Assembly (NCBI RefSeq): GCF_041650655.1
Contig: NZ_JBAZKR010000041.1
Span: 1-24,000, forward strand
Length of the DNA stretch: 24,000 nt
DNA from: Zavarzinia sp.
GTDB lineage: Bacteria > Pseudomonadota > Alphaproteobacteria > Zavarziniales > Zavarziniaceae
Direction: 5' to 3'
Below are positions 20,931 to 24,000 of this stretch, piece by piece (positions within the stretch are counted from its first letter, which is position 1; each line of letters starts with the position of its first letter). A program made the position numbers and the translations under genes. The notes beneath the pieces were generated by a model that was not told where the DNA came from, did not search any database, and worked only from the letters and a program-made list of their open reading frames with translations.

Positions 20931-21550
20931 CGCCGGTGACGCTGCCGGCACCGCCCGATTGGGACGCCCGTTTCTCGGGCGACGAGGCGCTCTATGGCCT
21001 CGCCCCTTCGGCCTTCGTGCTCGATTGCAGCCTGGCGTTGGCCCCCGGCGCCCGCCTGCTCTGCCTGGCCGAGGGCCAGGGGCGGAATGCCCTGGCGCTG
21101 GCCGCACGCGGCTTCGAGGTGACGGCGCTCGACCTTTCGGGCGTCGCCTGCCGCCAGCTTCAGGCCCGGGCGACGGCGCTGCGCCTGCCCATCACGGTGC
21201 GCCAGCAGGATCTCGGCCTGTGGTCGCCGCCCGCGGCGGCCTTCGACGCGGTGGTGCAGGTCTACGGCCACCTGCCGGCGGCGCTCCGCCGGACCCTGCA
21301 TCGCCAGATCGTCGAGGCCCTGGCGCCGCGCGGCATGGTGATCATCGAAGGTTTCCGGCGCGAACAGTTCGGCCGCGCCTCCGGCGGGCCGCGCAATCCG
21401 GACTGGCTCTATACCGAGGACGAATTGCGGGCCGATTTCACCGACCTCGCGATCGAACATCTGTCGACCCCCGACGTGGCCCTGGACGAGGGTGAGGGAC
21501 ACCGCGGCCAGGGTGCCCTGATCCGCTTCCGCGCCCGCCGCCCGGCCTGA
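20927..21550 (+). CDS. Class I SAM-dependent methyltransferase, TehB-like
   Basis: SAM-binding motif I region 'LLCLAEGQGRNALALAARGFEVTALDLS' (compare TehB '[21 protein letters not shown]'), and 'LAPRGMVIIEGF'. ATGA overlap with the upstream stop. Confidence 0.7.
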   Translation: MTPVTLPAPPDWDARFSGDEALYGLAPSAFVLDCSLALAPGARLLCLAEGQGRNALALAARGFEVTALDLSGVACRQLQARATALRLPITVRQQDLGLWSPPAAAFDAVVQVYGHLPAALRRTLHRQIVEALAPRGMVIIEGFRREQFGRASGGPRNPDWLYTEDELRADFTDLAIEHLSTPDVALDEGEGHRGQGALIRFRARRPA

Positions 21551-21554
21551 CGCC

Positions 21555-23306
21555 ATGCCGCCTGTGTTGCGCCGCCTGCTGCCCTGTCTCGACTGGGCCG
21601 CCCACTATCGCCGCGACGATTTCGCGGCCGATGCCGTCGCCGCCATCGTCGTCACCATCATGCTGGTGCCGCAGAGCCTGGCCTATGCCTTGCTGGCCGG
21701 GCTGCCGCCCTATATCGGCCTCTACGCTTCGATCCTGCCGCTGATCGCCTATGCCGTCTTCGGCACCAGCCGGACCATGGCGGTCGGCCCGGTCGCGGTG
21801 ATCTCGCTGATGACCGCGTCGGCGATCGGGCCGGTGGTGGCCGGCGGCACCGCCGGCTATCTGGCCGCGGCCCTGGTGCTGGCCCTGGAATCGGGTCTGA
21901 TCCTGCTCGCCATGGGTCTGCTGCGGCTCGGCTTCCTGGCCAATTTCATCAGCCATTCGGTGATCTCGGGCTTCCTCACCGCCTCGGGTGTGCTGATCGC
22001 GACCAGCCAGATCAAGCATATCCTGGGCGTCAAGGCGGCGGGCGACACGCTGCCGTCGCTGCTCGAAGGGCTGGCGGCGACGGTCGGCGGCACCAATGGG
22101 ATCACGGTGGCGGTCGGCCTCGCCGCACTGGGCTTCCTCTATTGGGCGCGGCGGCGGCTGAAATTCCTGCTGCGCCGGCTCGGCCTGTCGCCCCGTGTCG
22201 CCGACATCCTGGCCAAGACGGGTCCGGTTCTCGCCGTCGCAGTCTCGACCCTGGTGGTCGCCGCCCTGTCGCTCGACCAGGCCGGGGTCAAGGTGGTGGG
22301 GGCGATCCCGGCGGGCCTGCCGCCCCTGACCCTGCCGGTGTTCGACCCGGTGCTCTGGCTCCGGCTGCTGGTGCCGTCGCTGCTGATCGCCCTGGTCGGC
22401 TTCGTCGAATCGGTTTCGATCGCCCATACGCTGGGCGCCCGGCGGCGCGACCGGATCGACGCCGACGCCGAACTGGTGGCGCTCGGCGTCTCCAACCTGG
22501 CGGCCGGCCTGACCGGCGGCTATCCGGTGACCGGCGGGCTCACCCGTTCGGTGGTCAATCACGAGGCCGGGGCGGAGACACAGTTCGCCGGCGTGATGAC
22601 CGCGGGCGGCATCGTCGTCGCCATGCTGTGGCTGACCTCGCTGTTCGAGAAGCTGCCCCAGGCCGTGCTGGCGGCGATCATCATCCTGGCCGTCATCCCG
22701 CTGATCGACATCGCCGCGCTGAAGCGGGCCTTCGCCTATTCCAAGGCCGATTTCGCGGCCATGGTGGTGACCATTGTCACCGTCCTGTTCGAAGGGGTCG
22801 AGGCCGGCATCACGGCCGGTGCGGCACTCTCCATTCTGCTCTTCCTCTATCGCACCAGCCGGCCCCATATGGCGATCGTCGGCCGCGTGCCGGGGACGGA
22901 GCACTACCGGAATGTCGAGCGTCACGCCGTGATCACCAGCGACACGGTGCTGACGGTCCGCGTCGACGAGAGCCTCTATTTCGCCAATGCCCGCTACCTG
23001 GAAGACCGGATCTACGACCTGGTGACCAGCCGGCCCAAGGTCGCCCATGTCGTGTTGCAATGTTCGGCCGTCAATCTGATCGATGCCAGTGCCCTCGAAA
23101 GCCTGGAGGCGATCGACGCCCGCCTGCGCGATGCCGGCGTCACCTTCCACCTCTCCGAGGTGAAGGGGCCGGTGATGGACCGCCTGAAGCGGAGCGATTT
23201 CCTGCGCCATCTCTCCGGCCGAGTCTTCCTCAGTCAGGCCGAGGCGATGGCGGCCCTCGACCCCGCCACGCTTGACGTGGCGAAGCCGGTGGCCGTCACT
23301 GCGTGA
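21555..23306 (+). CDS. SulP-family anion (sulfate-type) permease with C-terminal STAS domain
   Basis: 'DAVAAIVVTIMLVPQSLAYALLAGLPPYIGLYASILPLIAYAVFGTSRTMAVGPVAV' is a SulP signature. Multiple TM helices. C-terminal STAS 'VLTVRVDESLYFANARYL...IDASALESLEAI'. 4-nt gap from the methyltransferase stop. Confidence 0.9.
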   Translation: MPPVLRRLLPCLDWAAHYRRDDFAADAVAAIVVTIMLVPQSLAYALLAGLPPYIGLYASILPLIAYAVFGTSRTMAVGPVAVISLMTASAIGPVVAGGTAGYLAAALVLALESGLILLAMGLLRLGFLANFISHSVISGFLTASGVLIATSQIKHILGVKAAGDTLPSLLEGLAATVGGTNGITVAVGLAALGFLYWARRRLKFLLRRLGLSPRVADILAKTGPVLAVAVSTLVVAALSLDQAGVKVVGAIPAGLPPLTLPVFDPVLWLRLLVPSLLIALVGFVESVSIAHTLGARRRDRIDADAELVALGVSNLAAGLTGGYPVTGGLTRSVVNHEAGAETQFAGVMTAGGIVVAMLWLTSLFEKLPQAVLAAIIILAVIPLIDIAALKRAFAYSKADFAAMVVTIVTVLFEGVEAGITAGAALSILLFLYRTSRPHMAIVGRVPGTEHYRNVERHAVITSDTVLTVRVDESLYFANARYLEDRIYDLVTSRPKVAHVVLQCSAVNLIDASALESLEAIDARLRDAGVTFHLSEVKGPVMDRLKRSDFLRHLSGRVFLSQAEAMAALDPATLDVAKPVAVTA

Positions 23307-23324
23307 AGTCGCGCGGGAGGTGCC

Positions 23325-23945
23325 ATGCTGACGATCTGGGGACGGGCCAATTCGTCCAATGTGAAGAAAGTCCTCTGGTGCGCCGAGGAACTGGATCTCG
23401 CCTATGACCGGCGCGAGGCGGGCGGTGCCTTCGGCGTGGTCGACACGGCGGAATACCGCCGCCTGAATCCGACCGGCCTGGTGCCGACGATCGAGGACGC
23501 CGGCTTCGTCCTCTGGGAATCGAACGCCATCGTGCGCTATCTGGCCGCCACCTATGGCCGCGACCTGCTGTGGCTCGAGGAACCGCGCCACCGCGGCCAT
23601 GCCGACCGCTGGATGGATTGGTGCAGCACCGCCTTCGCGCCGGTCTTCGGCCCGATCTTCCGGGGCTTGGTACGCACCCCGCCGGAGCAGCGCGACGCGG
23701 CCGCGATCGAGGCAGCGATCGTCGCTGCCGGCCGCCTGCTGGCGATTCCCGAGGCGGCCTTGGCCGAATGGCCCTATCTCTCGGGTGACGGGCTCGGCAT
23801 CGGCGACATTCCGCTCGGCGTCCTGATCCACGGTTGGTTCAACCTGCCGATCGAGCGGCCGGCGACGCCCTATCTGGCGCGCTGGTACGCCCTGCTGAAG
23901 GAACGCCCGGCCTATGCCCGGGTGGTGGCAACGCCGCTGAGCTGA
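23325..23945 (+). CDS. Glutathione S-transferase family protein
   Basis: 'SSNVKKVLWCAEELDLAY', 'NPTGLVPTIEDAGFVLWESNAIVRYLA' (GSH-binding cis-Pro and ES motifs), and a helical C-terminal domain. GGGAGG SD upstream. Confidence 0.85.
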   Translation: MLTIWGRANSSNVKKVLWCAEELDLAYDRREAGGAFGVVDTAEYRRLNPTGLVPTIEDAGFVLWESNAIVRYLAATYGRDLLWLEEPRHRGHADRWMDWCSTAFAPVFGPIFRGLVRTPPEQRDAAAIEAAIVAAGRLLAIPEAALAEWPYLSGDGLGIGDIPLGVLIHGWFNLPIERPATPYLARWYALLKERPAYARVVATPLS

Positions 23946-24000
23946 TCAGGCGGTCTCGGTCCCGGGCGAGCGCTGGTCGAACCAGGTCAGCACCGCCATC
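23946..24000 (-). CDS. Possible 3' end of an unidentified minus-strand gene running off the window
   Basis: The reverse strand reads ...MAVLTWFDQRSPGTETA* with its stop (TCA on +) abutting the GST stop. It is too short to identify. Confidence 0.25.
   Translation of the reverse strand, partial: MAVLTWFDQRSPGTETA

Overview
Very GC-rich bacterial chromosomal segment (GC not computed). It looks alphaproteobacterial: a fixL-fixJ-fixK cluster, bamD-recN-ligA synteny and 'KPGHD/MPGLxPGIH'-type hairpin repeats (inference). I call 25 protein genes, plus a possible gene fragment at the 3' edge. No rRNA, tRNA, CRISPR array, transposase or integrase was seen. Core genes: 5'-truncated GDSL-esterase autotransporter, bamD, recN, ligA, secA, purH, an SNase-like nuclease, and fixL/fixJ/single-domain receiver/fixK. 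There are two accessory-looking stretches. (1) 6220-9160, between ligA and secA: an orphan HExxH zincin-like protein, an SMI1/KNR4 (SUKH)-like protein, a TetR-SMR efflux pair and a small secreted 6-Cys protein. (2) 17640-23945: a peroxiredoxin translationally coupled to an ArsR-family regulator that carries the BigR/SqrR two-cysteine spacing. A 540-bp spacer full of REP-like hairpins follows, then an AT-rich promoter island. After that comes a tightly packed six-gene operon: MBL-fold persulfide-dioxygenase-like, DUF2892, DUF442, TehB-like SAM methyltransferase, SulP/STAS permease, GST. The best candidates for something undescribed are the HExxH/SUKH pair and the sulfide-type operon with its methyltransferase-permease-GST extension. 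Both are hypotheses from motif reading only. Many long ORFs in the supplied track are antisense shadow ORFs typical of high-GC DNA and were rejected.
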